Numbered from the stretch's first letter, positions 47,615 to 58,225 are shown. The stretch is 64,000 nt of DNA from an uncultured Acidobacteriota bacterium (GCA_963803835.1 CAWDOI010000016.1:3956-67955), one strand, 5' to 3'. Made by a program: numbers and translations. The notes: generated from the sequence alone by a model not told the origin.

Positions 47615-49192
47615 ATGAATTACAACCTTGCCGCGCCCTTTTACGAGAATTCATCCAAATACGCCGACAAATTGGCGCTTTCGTTCGCCGACCGGGGCGT
47701 GAGTTATTCGCAACTGCTCCGCCTCGTGCAACCCATCGGAAGCTGGTTGCGGCAGAAGGCCGGCGGAGACGTTGGGCGCGTCGGAATATTCGCATCTCGA
47801 AGCATCGAGACCTACGCCGGCATCCTGGGGACCTGTTGGGCGGGCGGGAGCTATGTGCCGATCAGCCCCAAGCTCCCGGAGGATCGGCTTGTTCAATTGT
47901 TGAAGCGCGTCGACCTGCAATCGCTGATCGTGGATGCCAATTCCGTGAAGCTGCTTTCTGACCGTCTTATGCGCGCGTGCCCTGCGAATGTTTTAGCGCC
48001 GGGAGTTAGCCGTGCACCTCAAGGAACTGCCATTTCATCGAATCCCGCGATCTTCGGGTCCGAGTCGCTTCCGCTATTTGTGGAGTCCGATAAACCGGTC
48101 TGCGTGTCTGCGGAACACACTGGATACATCGAGTTCACGTCGGGTACAACCGGCGTGCCAAAGGGAGTGATGATTCCGGCCGGAGGCGTCGCGCATTTCT
48201 TGCAGGTAATGCGGTCGCGCTGTGACATAGGTCCTCAAGATCGGATTGCCGGAGTTGCGGAAACGACATTTGATATTTCCGTTTTCGATATGTTCATGGC
48301 GTGGAGTTGCGGCGCCACGCTTCACGTAGTTCCCGCGACGCAAGTGATGGCCCCTTTGCAATGCATTCAGCAGAACAATGTGAGCGTGGTGTTCACCGTG
48401 CCCTCGGTGGCGGTGTGCATGAATCGAATGAAGTTTCTTGCGGCGGGCTCCATGCCGAGTTTGAAGTATTCACTTTTCTCCGGGGAGCCCCTGCCGGTAT
48501 CGGCGGCGTTGGCGTGGCAAAAGGCGGCATCGAACAGCATCGTTGAAAATTTGTATGGGCCGACGGAAGCGACGGTCGTGTGCACGGGCCAGCGATTTGT
48601 CGGGGAAGAGAATGCGACGCCGTCGCGCGGAGTGGTTGCGATCGGTACGCCATTTCCAGGAATGGAAACAGCGATCATCGATTCCTCGCTGCGGCCGCTG
48701 CCTCGGGAAGAACAAGGTGAAATCGTAATCTCGGGCCCTCAGCTTAGCTCTGGATATTTTGCGGACCCGGCTCAAACCAGCGAGAGATTTCTTAGCATCT
48801 CCGGTAAGCGCTGGTACCGCACCGGTGATCTCGGGTTTCAAGATGCTTCCGGCATCTTCCATCACCTTGGCCGGATTGATAACCAGGTGAAGGTTCGAGG
48901 CATGCGCGTCGAGCTCGAAGAAATTGAAGCTCATCTCCGAGAGATTTATCAGACGGATTCCGTCGCAGCGCTGGCGTGGCCCATCGAGCATGGTTCCGCT
49001 AGCGGAATTGTGGCGTTCGTTGGCAGTGACGCGCCCGTGGAGGATTCGCGGCAACGAGTGCGGCTAAAGGAATGCCTTCCGAGCTATATGGTTCCGACGT
49101 CCGTTTGCTATGTGGAAGCGATTCCTCTCAATGCAAACGGAAAGGTCAATCGCAGAGCCCTTCCTTCGCTGATTACCAAGAAGGCGTCGTGA
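47615..49192 (+). CDS. adenylate-forming enzyme, DltA-like amino-acid adenylation protein
   Basis: FTSGTTGVPKGV, NLYGPTEATV, YRTGDLG, GRIDNQVKVRGMRVELEEIE and NANGKVNRRAL core motifs. Confidence 0.8.
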   Translation: MNYNLAAPFYENSSKYADKLALSFADRGVSYSQLLRLVQPIGSWLRQKAGGDVGRVGIFASRSIETYAGILGTCWAGGSYVPISPKLPEDRLVQLLKRVDLQSLIVDANSVKLLSDRLMRACPANVLAPGVSRAPQGTAISSNPAIFGSESLPLFVESDKPVCVSAEHTGYIEFTSGTTGVPKGVMIPAGGVAHFLQVMRSRCDIGPQDRIAGVAETTFDISVFDMFMAWSCGATLHVVPATQVMAPLQCIQQNNVSVVFTVPSVAVCMNRMKFLAAGSMPSLKYSLFSGEPLPVSAALAWQKAASNSIVENLYGPTEATVVCTGQRFVGEENATPSRGVVAIGTPFPGMETAIIDSSLRPLPREEQGEIVISGPQLSSGYFADPAQTSERFLSISGKRWYRTGDLGFQDASGIFHHLGRIDNQVKVRGMRVELEEIEAHLREIYQTDSVAALAWPIEHGSASGIVAFVGSDAPVEDSRQRVRLKECLPSYMVPTSVCYVEAIPLNANGKVNRRALPSLITKKAS

Positions 49193-50622
49193 GCATAGTT
49201 GCTCCAGCTACGCCCGCCGAGCTGCCTTCCGGAAAGACGAGCCGCCCTTTCAGGCTGCGAATTATTCCGCCAATTGACACGTATCCTTCCGTCGTTTCCT
49301 TCGCGCAAACGTGGCCCGGGAAAATAGCGCTGTTGCTGGTGTTTGCCTTCGTGCTCAGTTTTTCGATGCCCGATTGGCGCTTCATGGCGCTCTGGCTGGG
49401 CGTGATAACGGCTTTGCCCGCGCGCCGCCGGTTGCTCGTCACAATCGGCATGATCCAGTGGACGTTTCTCTTGCCGCTCGAGCGGACAACGTTCAGCACG
49501 ATGATCGTTCCGATCTTGGTGAACAAGGCGTGCGTTCTCGCGCTTGCCGGGATTTTGTTTTGGTGTGCGATTCGCTTCCGCCAATCGCTCTTTGGGCGGC
49601 GCCCTCTCGTCGTACTTTTGACTGCTTTCGCGGTGTTCATTTTCGCGGCGGGTTATTTGCCACGCTCCTTTGGGATCTCGCGCACGGCCTGGAGCTTCGC
49701 AACAATCGCTTCTTCATATCTTTGGTTTATTGGCTACTGCCTGCTGGATCGGGATTCGAAGGACCGCGACAATTTCTCGCTGCAGTTGGGAACCTTTCGT
49801 CCATTTTGGGGCTCGACGAACACCCCTTATCCAAAAGGGGCCGCTTATTTGCGCCGCGTGGAAGCGAAAAATCCCGGGCAATTAGCGATCACCCAGCTGA
49901 AGGGTCTGAAGCTCCTGGTCTGGGCGCTGATCCTGCATGAAGTCAGCGTCGGAGTAGTCCCATTTATTCACCACTATTTTGCGATTCCTGAATACAGAGT
50001 TGCATTCGCCAGCAGTGTGCAACGCGCGCCGTATCCGTGGTTCGTTTGCTGGGCGAGTCTGGTTTCAGAATTCTTGGAGAACGTGCTTAGCATCTCGATC
50101 ACGGGCCATCGGATCGTGGCTTGCTGCCGCATGGCCGGCTTTGCGGCGTTGCGGAATACCTACCGGCCGCTGGAATCCCGGACGATCGCGGAATTTTGGA
50201 ATCGCTATTATTTTTATTTCAAGGAACTGCTTGTGGATATGTTCTTTTTCCCGACGTTCTTGCGGTATTTCAAGAAGCGGCCGAAGCTACGCCTAGTTGC
50301 CGCAACCTTCGCGGCGGCTTGCTTCGGCAACATCTACTACCACTTCTTTGTCGATCTGGGACCGATTCAGAGGCAGGGCTTTTGGCATGCCGTCGCTGGA
50401 TATCAAGTGTACGCTTTTTACTGTGTCGTTCTCGCGACAGCGATCAGCATCTCCCAACTGAGAAAGCGCAAGCCGATTGCCGCCGGCTGGATTCGCGGCC
50501 ATTTGGCGCCCGTATTTGGCGTCGGGCTTTTTTATTGTCTCCTTCGAGTTTTTTCCGACTCGACCGGCAGCTATCCGATTCACGAGCACTTCCGTTTCTT
50601 TGGACATCTATTCAATTTGTGA
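49189..50622 (+). CDS. polytopic membrane protein, divergent MBOAT (DltB/AlgI)-like
   Basis: GTG 49189 overlaps the upstream stop (GTGA). More than 10 TM helices. The core SITGHRIVACCRMAGFAALRNTYRPLESRTIAEFWNRYYFYFKELL aligns (from memory) with the MBOAT ...FWRRWHISLS... block. Confidence 0.6.
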   Translation: MSIVAPATPAELPSGKTSRPFRLRIIPPIDTYPSVVSFAQTWPGKIALLLVFAFVLSFSMPDWRFMALWLGVITALPARRRLLVTIGMIQWTFLLPLERTTFSTMIVPILVNKACVLALAGILFWCAIRFRQSLFGRRPLVVLLTAFAVFIFAAGYLPRSFGISRTAWSFATIASSYLWFIGYCLLDRDSKDRDNFSLQLGTFRPFWGSTNTPYPKGAAYLRRVEAKNPGQLAITQLKGLKLLVWALILHEVSVGVVPFIHHYFAIPEYRVAFASSVQRAPYPWFVCWASLVSEFLENVLSISITGHRIVACCRMAGFAALRNTYRPLESRTIAEFWNRYYFYFKELLVDMFFFPTFLRYFKKRPKLRLVAATFAAACFGNIYYHFFVDLGPIQRQGFWHAVAGYQVYAFYCVVLATAISISQLRKRKPIAAGWIRGHLAPVFGVGLFYCLLRVFSDSTGSYPIHEHFRFFGHLFNL

Positions 50623-50632
50623 GGTGAGCCCG

Positions 50633-50884
50633 ATGGACCGAAAGCCGGCTATTCGCAAATTTCTTCAAGATCTGCTGGAGGCTCGCGGAGACAACCACGA
50701 GTTGAATGATGGCAGCTCCTTATTTTTGAGCGGAAGATTGCAATCGCTCGATGCCGTGGAAGTCGTCATGTTTCTGGAAGAAAAGTTCGGAGTCGACTTT
50801 GCGGTGATCGGTTTTGATCAGGCAAAGATAGACAGCGTGGATGAGATCAACTCACTTTTGGAAAGCGCCGAGCTCGTAAAGTAG
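50633..50884 (+). CDS. acyl/peptidyl carrier protein (DltC-like)
   Basis: 83 aa. The motif LSGRLQSLDAVEVVMFLEEKFG contains the likely phosphopantetheine serine. GAGGTG lies upstream. Confidence 0.75.
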   Translation: MDRKPAIRKFLQDLLEARGDNHELNDGSSLFLSGRLQSLDAVEVVMFLEEKFGVDFAVIGFDQAKIDSVDEINSLLESAELVK

Positions 50885-50986
50885 ATTTCCACACGATCAA
50901 ATCGCTTTCGGTGCTGTTTCCCTCAATCTTCCAATTCAACTCAAACCAGTTTATGTGTCACCTTTCGGCGGGAAGAATCAGCCATA

Positions 50987-52003
50987 ATGCGGCACATGAT
51001 TGCCGGAGCTCCCGTCGAAGCGCGTTGGATACGAGCGGAGCCTCGCCGCATGCTGCCGGTGGCCGTGGTCGAGCGAATCGTCCGCGTCGCGCTACCGCGC
51101 AGCCGCGTGATAGACGTGCAACCGTTCGCCGACGGTTTGCGCAACGCAAATTTCAAAATCCAACTCGATTCCACGCCTAAATTAGCCGTACTCCGCATTT
51201 ACGAGCACGATGCATCGCTCTGCCAGAAAGAAATAGACCTGATTCGACTAATCCGCGGCTCGGTCCCTGTTCCGGAGGTGATTCACGCGGAGCCGCGCGG
51301 GTGGGAAGAAATTCCGCCGTTTGCGCTCTTGCGATTTATCGAAGGGATGAGCTTCAGGGATTTAAAACAGAGCGGCGATAGAAATGCGATCGCTCAGGCG
51401 GCTCACTCCGCGGGGGAAACTCTTGCTGCGATCGGGCGGACGACCTTTTCGAAGCCGGGTTGGTTAGCTCCTGGACCAAGCGTCTCCGCAGCACTTCTGG
51501 AAGGGGCCGATCCGTTGCCGCGTATCGTTGATTCGTATCTCGCTTCGAGGAACCTGCAGAAACGTGTGCCGGGCAGCCTGCGCGATCGAATACACACTTT
51601 GATCTGGTCGTATGCCCCGCAAGTTTCCCAGTTAGGAGAGGAGTCCCGCCTTGTACACGGCGACTTCGGCAAGCGGAATTTGCTGGTCCGAAGTGTCGCG
51701 GGTCGATGGACCGTGGTCGCTGTCCTTGACTGGGAGTTCGCAATCTCCGGTCCGACACTCGCTGACGTTGGCCACTTTCTGTGCTACGAACGCGCTTCGC
51801 GTCCTGTTGTCGAGCCGAATTTTTCGGAAGGATACTTGCGCGCCGGCGGTAAATTGTCACAGAACTGGCGCCAACTCGCGCGAATTGTGGATCTCGCGGC
51901 TTTATGCGAGAGCCTGACGCACGATCATCTGCCGGATTCGGTTGTCTCCGAACTGGCAGAACTCATCCGCGCCACCGTGGAAGATCGCGACGCGCAATTT
52001 TAG
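50987..52003 (+). CDS. aminoglycoside-phosphotransferase (APH)-family kinase
   Basis: LVHGDFGKRNLLV....W.VVAVLDWEFAISGPTLADVGHF contains the Brenner and DxD-like motifs. The start is uncertain (50987 or 51050). Confidence 0.75.
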   Translation: MRHMIAGAPVEARWIRAEPRRMLPVAVVERIVRVALPRSRVIDVQPFADGLRNANFKIQLDSTPKLAVLRIYEHDASLCQKEIDLIRLIRGSVPVPEVIHAEPRGWEEIPPFALLRFIEGMSFRDLKQSGDRNAIAQAAHSAGETLAAIGRTTFSKPGWLAPGPSVSAALLEGADPLPRIVDSYLASRNLQKRVPGSLRDRIHTLIWSYAPQVSQLGEESRLVHGDFGKRNLLVRSVAGRWTVVAVLDWEFAISGPTLADVGHFLCYERASRPVVEPNFSEGYLRAGGKLSQNWRQLARIVDLAALCESLTHDHLPDSVVSELAELIRATVEDRDAQF

Positions 52004-52050
52004 TGACGCGGATCGTGGATGGCAGAGACTGCTTAACGGCTCGCAGATCT

Positions 52051-52956
52051 TTACTTGGACTTTTTCGGAACGGGCCCGGCGCCAATGGCGCGCGCTTGAA
52101 ATGCGAGCACGGCGGGCAGATGCTCGGCGAAGTAGACCCAATTGTGGCCGCCGGGATAGATGTGATATTCGTGCGGAATTCCGCGAGAGACTAGAATTTT
52201 GTGGAGCGCTTCGGTGCCCAGGTTGAAGCCATAATCATCTCCTGAGCCGCAATCCAAATAGATTTTCAGACCTTTTACATCCGCCGTCTTCGCGAGCGTC
52301 ATCGGATTATTGCGATCCCAGAATGCCTGATCGGGCGGCTCGCCGAAAACTTCGCCCAACATTCGCAGACGAACCGTGTCTTGCGCTTCGCGCATCGTGA
52401 ACGCGGGCAACCGGTCTATCAGTGCGGGACTTTGAGCGCTGACGGACCGAAAAAGCTCGGGTCGCAGCATCGCGAACCGCAGCGCCCCGTAACCGCCCAT
52501 CGAGATTCCGGCGATACCGCGGGAATTGCGCTCGGCGCGAATCCGGTAGCGATGCTCGATGTAGGGCATGAATTCGTTGAGAAAGAAATCCTGGTAGCGA
52601 TGCCTGCCGTCGCGCGAGTTGATGTAGAAACTCGCATCGCCCTCGGGCGTGACGATCAGATATTCGCCCATGGTGCCGCGCTCCCAGAGATCTTCGGTCA
52701 TGCTCCAGCCGCCCGAACGGACGAACATTTGCTCGTTGTCGCCGAGGCCGTGGAGAAAATAAAGGACGGGGTAACGCCGCGTATCTTCGTGGTCGTAGCT
52801 CGGAGGCAGAAGGACGCAATACGGAATCTGCGCACCGAGGACCTGGCTGTGAATCGAGAGGCATTCCGCGCGTCCCGTAGCGGCGCGAGCCGGGCACGCT
52901 AGAGCCGTCGTAAAAAGGATCAGAGCAAACAGAAAAGCGTTGCGAATTTTATTCAT
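52051..52956 (-). CDS. alpha/beta-hydrolase 'putative esterase' family protein, secreted
   Basis: YPVLYFLHGLGDNEQMF and GISMGGYGAL (nucleophile elbow). Signal peptide present. Confidence 0.8.
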   Translation of the reverse strand: MNKIRNAFLFALILFTTALACPARAATGRAECLSIHSQVLGAQIPYCVLLPPSYDHEDTRRYPVLYFLHGLGDNEQMFVRSGGWSMTEDLWERGTMGEYLIVTPEGDASFYINSRDGRHRYQDFFLNEFMPYIEHRYRIRAERNSRGIAGISMGGYGALRFAMLRPELFRSVSAQSPALIDRLPAFTMREAQDTVRLRMLGEVFGEPPDQAFWDRNNPMTLAKTADVKGLKIYLDCGSGDDYGFNLGTEALHKILVSRGIPHEYHIYPGGHNWVYFAEHLPAVLAFQARAIGAGPVPKKSK

Positions 52957-54328
52957 ATCGTAGGGCCTCTACCGGATCGAGCCGTGCGGCGCGCGTCGCC
53001 GGATAAATTCCGGCGGCAAGGCTCGCGACGATTCCGAAGACAATTGCGCCGAGCACGAGCCACCACGGTACTGAGAACACGTTGGCGGGCGGAAGGTTCT
53101 GGCGTTTGAGATAAATATTCGTTCCGATAGTGACGGCGCGGCCGATGAACCAGCCGATCCCGACGCCGAATATTCCACCAAGAAATCCCATCACTCCGGC
53201 CTCGAAAAAGAAAAGCTGGCGGACATCGGCGTCTGCCGCGCCCAAGGCTTTCAGGACGCCGATTTCACGGCGACGCTCGAGAATGGCCATCACGAGTGTG
53301 TTGATGATGCCGAGCGTGGCCACGGCCAGCGCGAGACTGCCGAAGATTCCGAGAAGCAGATCGAAGACGGCGAAGAAAAGCCGCAGATTTCGCGTAGCGT
53401 CGAGAAGCGAGAACGTCGTGAATCCCATTTTCTTGATTGCGGCTTCGAGCGCTTCCACTTGCGATGGGCCTTTTGCGCGAACGGTGAGGCTGGCGTAGCC
53501 GGGTTTTGCCTCGGCACCGCCGCGCAGGATATCGCGCAGATCATTTGCCTGTGCCGGGCGAAGTGTTTCCGCAACGGTAAGCGGGATCAAGACTCGGCCG
53601 TTGCCGATTCCACCGAAGCCTGCGGCAGGCTCCGTTTCGACGATGCCGACGATCTTCAGCTTTCGTTCTTTCGGGACGATTGAAAACCCGGACGCAGTGT
53701 TGTCGCTTTGCGGATTGGCCTGGCCCGAGGCGTTTCGACCGCCAGCCGGTGCAGCGGCCGGAGGGAGAGCTTGCCGCTCCGCGTAGCGAATTACGAGATC
53801 CTTTCCAATCAATGACGAAGGATCGCTCGATAAATCTTTCGCGAATTCGATTTGAAGGATGGCTTCGTCGGCTGCCGCGCTCGAGAAAAAATTCCCTTTC
53901 ACGTCGTCGAACGAGCCGCCTTCGCGCGCCGAAGCCGGGACGCCCGCGACCATCGCCGGATAAGGCGTATCGTTGAAGCGCACCTCGGTGACGAAGCGAA
54001 TCTGAGGATAGACCTCGATGACATTCGGAAGATGCTCAAGTTCCTGGCGCGCGGCGTCGTCGAGCGGCTTGGATTCGCCCGCGGGCGCGGGAGTGGCTTG
54101 GGGGCGGCCGAAACCGCGCAAGTTCGTGCGAGGCATTACGATCACTGTATCGAAAAGTCCGGCGTGAGAGAGACGCTTGGTGGCGAGCTGTTGCAAACCA
54201 ACGCCGAGAGAAAGCATGGCCACGAGCGACGCGATTCCGACGGCGACGCCAAGCGTCGTCAGCGAATTGCGCAGTAGTGCTTCGCGCAGATTCCGAAAGC
54301 CGAGTTCGGCGAGATCGCCGGCCTTCAT
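52949..54328 (-). CDS. ABC transporter permease, FtsX/MacB/LolCE-like
   Basis: N-terminal TM, a large periplasmic domain, and a C-terminal FtsX 3-TM module ending VEALRYE. Confidence 0.85.
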   Translation of the reverse strand: MKAGDLAELGFRNLREALLRNSLTTLGVAVGIASLVAMLSLGVGLQQLATKRLSHAGLFDTVIVMPRTNLRGFGRPQATPAPAGESKPLDDAARQELEHLPNVIEVYPQIRFVTEVRFNDTPYPAMVAGVPASAREGGSFDDVKGNFFSSAAADEAILQIEFAKDLSSDPSSLIGKDLVIRYAERQALPPAAAPAGGRNASGQANPQSDNTASGFSIVPKERKLKIVGIVETEPAAGFGGIGNGRVLIPLTVAETLRPAQANDLRDILRGGAEAKPGYASLTVRAKGPSQVEALEAAIKKMGFTTFSLLDATRNLRLFFAVFDLLLGIFGSLALAVATLGIINTLVMAILERRREIGVLKALGAADADVRQLFFFEAGVMGFLGGIFGVGIGWFIGRAVTIGTNIYLKRQNLPPANVFSVPWWLVLGAIVFGIVASLAAGIYPATRAARLDPVEALRYE

Positions 54329-55029
54329 GACTGCACTCCGTCGCTGATTAATTTTCCGTCGGCGAGAGACGCGATCCTGTTTGCGAATCGCTCGGCGAGC
54401 GGGCGCTCGTGCGTGACCATGACGATTGTCATGCCGAGAGATTGCTGAATCTCGCGCAGCAGATGCATGATTTCTTCGCCGGTCGCGCTATCGAGATTGC
54501 CAGTGGGCTCGTCCGCAAAGAGAATTGCGGGGCGGTTGACCAAGGCACGCGCGAGCGCCGCGCGCTGCTGTTCGCCGCCTGAAAGCTGGCTGGGGCGATG
54601 GCCAAGCCGCTGTTCGAGATGCACGCGCGTGAGCGCTTCAAGCACGCGGCCCGCGCGTTCGCTGCGATCCACCTCGGCAAGGCGCAACGGAAGCTCGACG
54701 TTTTCCTCGAGCGTCATTCGCGGAAGAAGATTGAACGACTGGAACACCATTCCGACGGTCTTGCTCCGGTAGCGCGCGAGATCGAGCGAGTCCAATTCGG
54801 AAAGATTCCGTCCCTGCGCGACGATTGCGCCGGACGTGGGGCGATCGAGGCCCGCCATCAGATTCAGCAGCGTGGATTTTCCTGAGCCCGAACTTCCCAG
54901 CATGGCGAGGAATTCGCCGGTATTGACGCCGAGCGTCACGCCATCCACGGCGCGAATCAATGCCGAGCCCATCTGGTAGTGGCGCGAGACATTTTCAACG
55001 CGAATCGCGGCGCCGTTATTGTTCGTCAT
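54325..55029 (-). CDS. ABC transporter ATP-binding protein (MacB/LolD type)
   Basis: Walker [10 protein letters not shown], signature LSGGEQQR, Walker [13 protein letters not shown]. Overlaps the permease by 4 nt. Confidence 0.9.
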   Translation of the reverse strand: MTNNNGAAIRVENVSRHYQMGSALIRAVDGVTLGVNTGEFLAMLGSSGSGKSTLLNLMAGLDRPTSGAIVAQGRNLSELDSLDLARYRSKTVGMVFQSFNLLPRMTLEENVELPLRLAEVDRSERAGRVLEALTRVHLEQRLGHRPSQLSGGEQQRAALARALVNRPAILFADEPTGNLDSATGEEIMHLLREIQQSLGMTIVMVTHERPLAERFANRIASLADGKLISDGVQS

Positions 55030-55180
55030 GATTCACCATCAATCGTACTACGCATAAGGGGGTTCACATGTTGCTTTCGGGCGCGTCCGCGAGCGCCGAA
55101 GTTCTGTGCCGTATAGGACGAGCCATCGGAGTTCGCGTTTTCGAGCGCTTTTCTGAGCGCTTGCTGAGCCCCATTGAATC

Positions 55181-55792
55181 TTATTGAAGATGATCGGCGG
55201 AGGCCGGGCTGGCAACGCGCGCGACCGTATGGATCGTGATTTCCACTTGATCCGATACGCGCAGGAAAAAATTGCTTGGATTCTTGAGGCCCCAGCTGAC
55301 ATACGGAATTGCAAATTGGATCGCGGCTGTAATGCCCTCCGGGCCGCGCTTCGCCTGCACCGGTAACACAATTTCGTGATCCGCGCCGTGAAGGTGGAAA
55401 ATGCCGTGCATGTTCACTCGAAAATCGCCGCTGGCGGGAATTTGCCCTTCGAACCGGTCCGGCGTGAAAACAATTTCGGGGAATTTCTCGCTTTCGAGAA
55501 TTTCCCGATTCATGCGCCGGTCACGTTCGTCGCTGCCGCTATTCCCACCGGCGGCGTTCACGACGATTTGACCTTCGGCCTTGCGCGTCGCCGGGTCGAG
55601 GCGAATCGATCCGTGCTTGAACGCGAATGTTCCGTGGACCGTGTGGAAATTGCCGCCGAGAGCAAATTCCACTTTGGTGTGATTGGGATCAAAATCGAGT
55701 GCGAGTTGCTGCGCGTGCAGCGACGGCGCGAGAACAATTCCCAGAATAAGAAGTGAAAGACGGACGAAAATCTTGCTGCGGCTCGCTTCCAC
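55181..55792 (-). CDS. YceI-family periplasmic protein
   Basis: Signal peptide. HTKVEF....FHTVHGTF....G.I..D pattern typical of YceI. Confidence 0.8.
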   Translation of the reverse strand: MEASRSKIFVRLSLLILGIVLAPSLHAQQLALDFDPNHTKVEFALGGNFHTVHGTFAFKHGSIRLDPATRKAEGQIVVNAAGGNSGSDERDRRMNREILESEKFPEIVFTPDRFEGQIPASGDFRVNMHGIFHLHGADHEIVLPVQAKRGPEGITAAIQFAIPYVSWGLKNPSNFFLRVSDQVEITIHTVARVASPASADHLQ

Positions 55793-56955
55793 TATTCCGA
55801 TCCATTCAACCGTTGAAGCGCCAGCGAGCCGACGTCATGAGGGTCAGGCTCGCGGATCTCGCGAGGCCCGGTATGCATCGAAAGCAAGCGCGCAAAGCGG
55901 CCCGGATCTGACGCAAGGATGCGGAAGACTCGCTCACGGAGCCACGAGTGACGCGCGAGTAAAAGCAGTGCGCAAGATGAGACCATCGGCTTGGCCATGA
56001 GCCGCCGATGTGCGCGCTGGTAGTGAATCAAATCGCCCGCTTCCAGCGCATCCGTCAGCGCGAGCGCTTGCCGGAACGACAAACACAGTCCCTGGCCGCT
56101 GACAGCGTCAACGGAACCGGACGCATCGCCGATGAGTGCGACATTTCCGCGCGCCACTCGACGCAGCAATCGCGAGCGCGTAACACCGCCGCGCTCCGTG
56201 CCCAGGATTTCAGCGCGTTGCAACCTCGCGCGCAATTCCGGAAACAATGGCAACGCTTGATCGAGGCGAAGCTGTTGATTTCGTGATATCACCACGACAC
56301 AAATTTCTTCCGCAGCAACCGGCGTCACATAAATCTGGCAGCCATCGCTCCAGTAGATCTCGGCCTTGTCGGTCCAGGGAGCGATCCGGTAGTGGCGGCG
56401 AAATCCGAGGCGGCGGGAATTGAAGTAGTGCGAATCGAGGCCATTCTGGCGACGGATCATCGAGTCTTGCCCGTCCGCGCCGACAACCCATCGAGCGCGA
56501 ACCAGATTGCCGCCGAATGAGAGGCCTTGTGGCTCGATACCGGTGAAGCGAGTTTCCCAGAGAAATTGCACGCCGAGTTTGGCGGCGCGATCGAGCAGTA
56601 AGCGATGCAAAGTTGTCCGCCGGATTCCCAATCCACGCGCAGACGAGAAACCGGCCTCAACGCGCGCTCCGGAGGCGATAAAACGAATGCCGCGAAACGA
56701 GAAGGAATCTTCGGCAGGAATTTGTACGCCGAGCGCTCCTAGAGCTTCGACGCCATCTCCCATGAGTCCTTCACCACAAGATTTGTCGATCGAAGGACCC
56801 TCGCGATCCGCAACGACGACCTCGAAACCCTTTTGCCGCGCGGCGATGGCTGCGGCAAGCCCCGCAGGTCCTCCGCCGACGACCAAAACATCCGTGGAAC
56901 TCGAACTCGCGTGTGTGGAGCGCGTCGTCATGAAGTCAATTCGATGCATCAGCAA
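55792..56955 (-). CDS. FAD-dependent oxidoreductase (geranylgeranyl-reductase-like)
   Basis: DVLVVGGGPAGLAAAIAARQKGFEVVVADRE Rossmann motif, and GDASGSVDAVSGQG. Confidence 0.8.
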   Translation of the reverse strand: MLMHRIDFMTTRSTHASSSSTDVLVVGGGPAGLAAAIAARQKGFEVVVADREGPSIDKSCGEGLMGDGVEALGALGVQIPAEDSFSFRGIRFIASGARVEAGFSSARGLGIRRTTLHRLLLDRAAKLGVQFLWETRFTGIEPQGLSFGGNLVRARWVVGADGQDSMIRRQNGLDSHYFNSRRLGFRRHYRIAPWTDKAEIYWSDGCQIYVTPVAAEEICVVVISRNQQLRLDQALPLFPELRARLQRAEILGTERGGVTRSRLLRRVARGNVALIGDASGSVDAVSGQGLCLSFRQALALTDALEAGDLIHYQRAHRRLMAKPMVSSCALLLLARHSWLRERVFRILASDPGRFARLLSMHTGPREIREPDPHDVGSLALQRLNGSE

Positions 56956-57079
56956 AGGCTCAAGATGCTCTAAAGGAGGACACTGTCGATCGCGAGTAGT
57001 ATGCCAGCGATTGATGTTGACGTGCTGGAGGATTCTTGTTCAGAGTACGCTTGATGCGCCTTGAACGCGGGGTGAACCG

Positions 57080-58129
57080 ATGTTGCGAGTTGGGCTGATC
57101 GGATTTGGACTGGCCGGGCAGGTATTTCACGCTCCGGTCGTAAGCGCAGTGGAAGGCCTCGAGCTTGCCTGCATCCTGGAGCCGCGAGCATCGCTCGCGC
57201 AGCAGAAATATCCGAAGGTGCGTGTGGTGCGAACGCTAGAGGAACTTCTCGATGACCGCGAAATCCGCCTTTGCGTAATCGCAACGCCCAATTCCACCCA
57301 TTTCGATCTGGCGAAGCGCTGCATGCTTTCGGGACGCGACGTTGTGGTGGACAAGCCCCTCGCGATTACGACCCAAGAAGCCGCCGAGCTGATTCGAATC
57401 GCGAAAGAGAATGGCCGGATTCTTTCGCCTTTTCAAAATCGAAGGTGGGACGGCGACTTTCTCACCGTGAAAAAGTTGCTGGCATCGGGCCGATTGGGAC
57501 GCGTAGTGGATTACGAATCGAACTGGGACCGATTCCGCCCGCAGCCACGAGCGCACATTTGGCGCGAGCGTGCAGGGCCGGGCAGCGGCGTACTTCTCGA
57601 TCTAGGCCCGCATCTCATCGATCAGACCCTTGCACTTTTCGGTCTTCCGGATGCGATAACCGGAAGAGTCTGGATTGAAAGAGATGAAGCGACAACGGAC
57701 GATGCATTCGACATCAGAATGCATTACCCGCAATTCACGGCAACACTTCGGACTTGCTTGCTCGCAGGAACTACCCGGCCGCGCTTTCAGATCTTTGGCA
57801 CGCAGGGAACATTCTTGAAACACGATTTTGATCCGCAAGAGGCGATGTTGCGCAAAAGCGGAATTCCTGGTGAGCCACATTGGGGCGAGGAGCCGGAATC
57901 AGCGTGGGGATCGCTTTATACCGCCGACGGAGATTCGGTTGCTGCGGAAAAATTGAAAACAGAAGCAGGCGACTATCGAGGATTCTACTCGAACGTGCGC
58001 GACGCAATTTTGAAAGGCGCCGAGCTTGAGGTTCGTGGGGAAGATGGACTGCGAAGCGTTCACGCGATCGAGTTGGTTCGCGCGAGCAGCGAGCGGCGAT
58101 GCGCGTTGCCGTGGGGCGACGTCGCCTGA
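57080..58129 (+). CDS. Gfo/Idh/MocA-family NAD(P)-dependent oxidoreductase
   Basis: MLRVGLIGFGLAGQVFHAP, and VVVDKPLA (EKP-like). Confidence 0.85.
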   Translation: MLRVGLIGFGLAGQVFHAPVVSAVEGLELACILEPRASLAQQKYPKVRVVRTLEELLDDREIRLCVIATPNSTHFDLAKRCMLSGRDVVVDKPLAITTQEAAELIRIAKENGRILSPFQNRRWDGDFLTVKKLLASGRLGRVVDYESNWDRFRPQPRAHIWRERAGPGSGVLLDLGPHLIDQTLALFGLPDAITGRVWIERDEATTDDAFDIRMHYPQFTATLRTCLLAGTTRPRFQIFGTQGTFLKHDFDPQEAMLRKSGIPGEPHWGEEPESAWGSLYTADGDSVAAEKLKTEAGDYRGFYSNVRDAILKGAELEVRGEDGLRSVHAIELVRASSERRCALPWGDVA

Positions 58130-58225
58130 CGCGGTGGCCTGCGGCAAAGTTCACAGTCAATTTCAGACATTGGAATGAAATCCGGCGCATGCGGGCGGCG
58201 AATACGCAGAGGCACTCCCGTCGGG

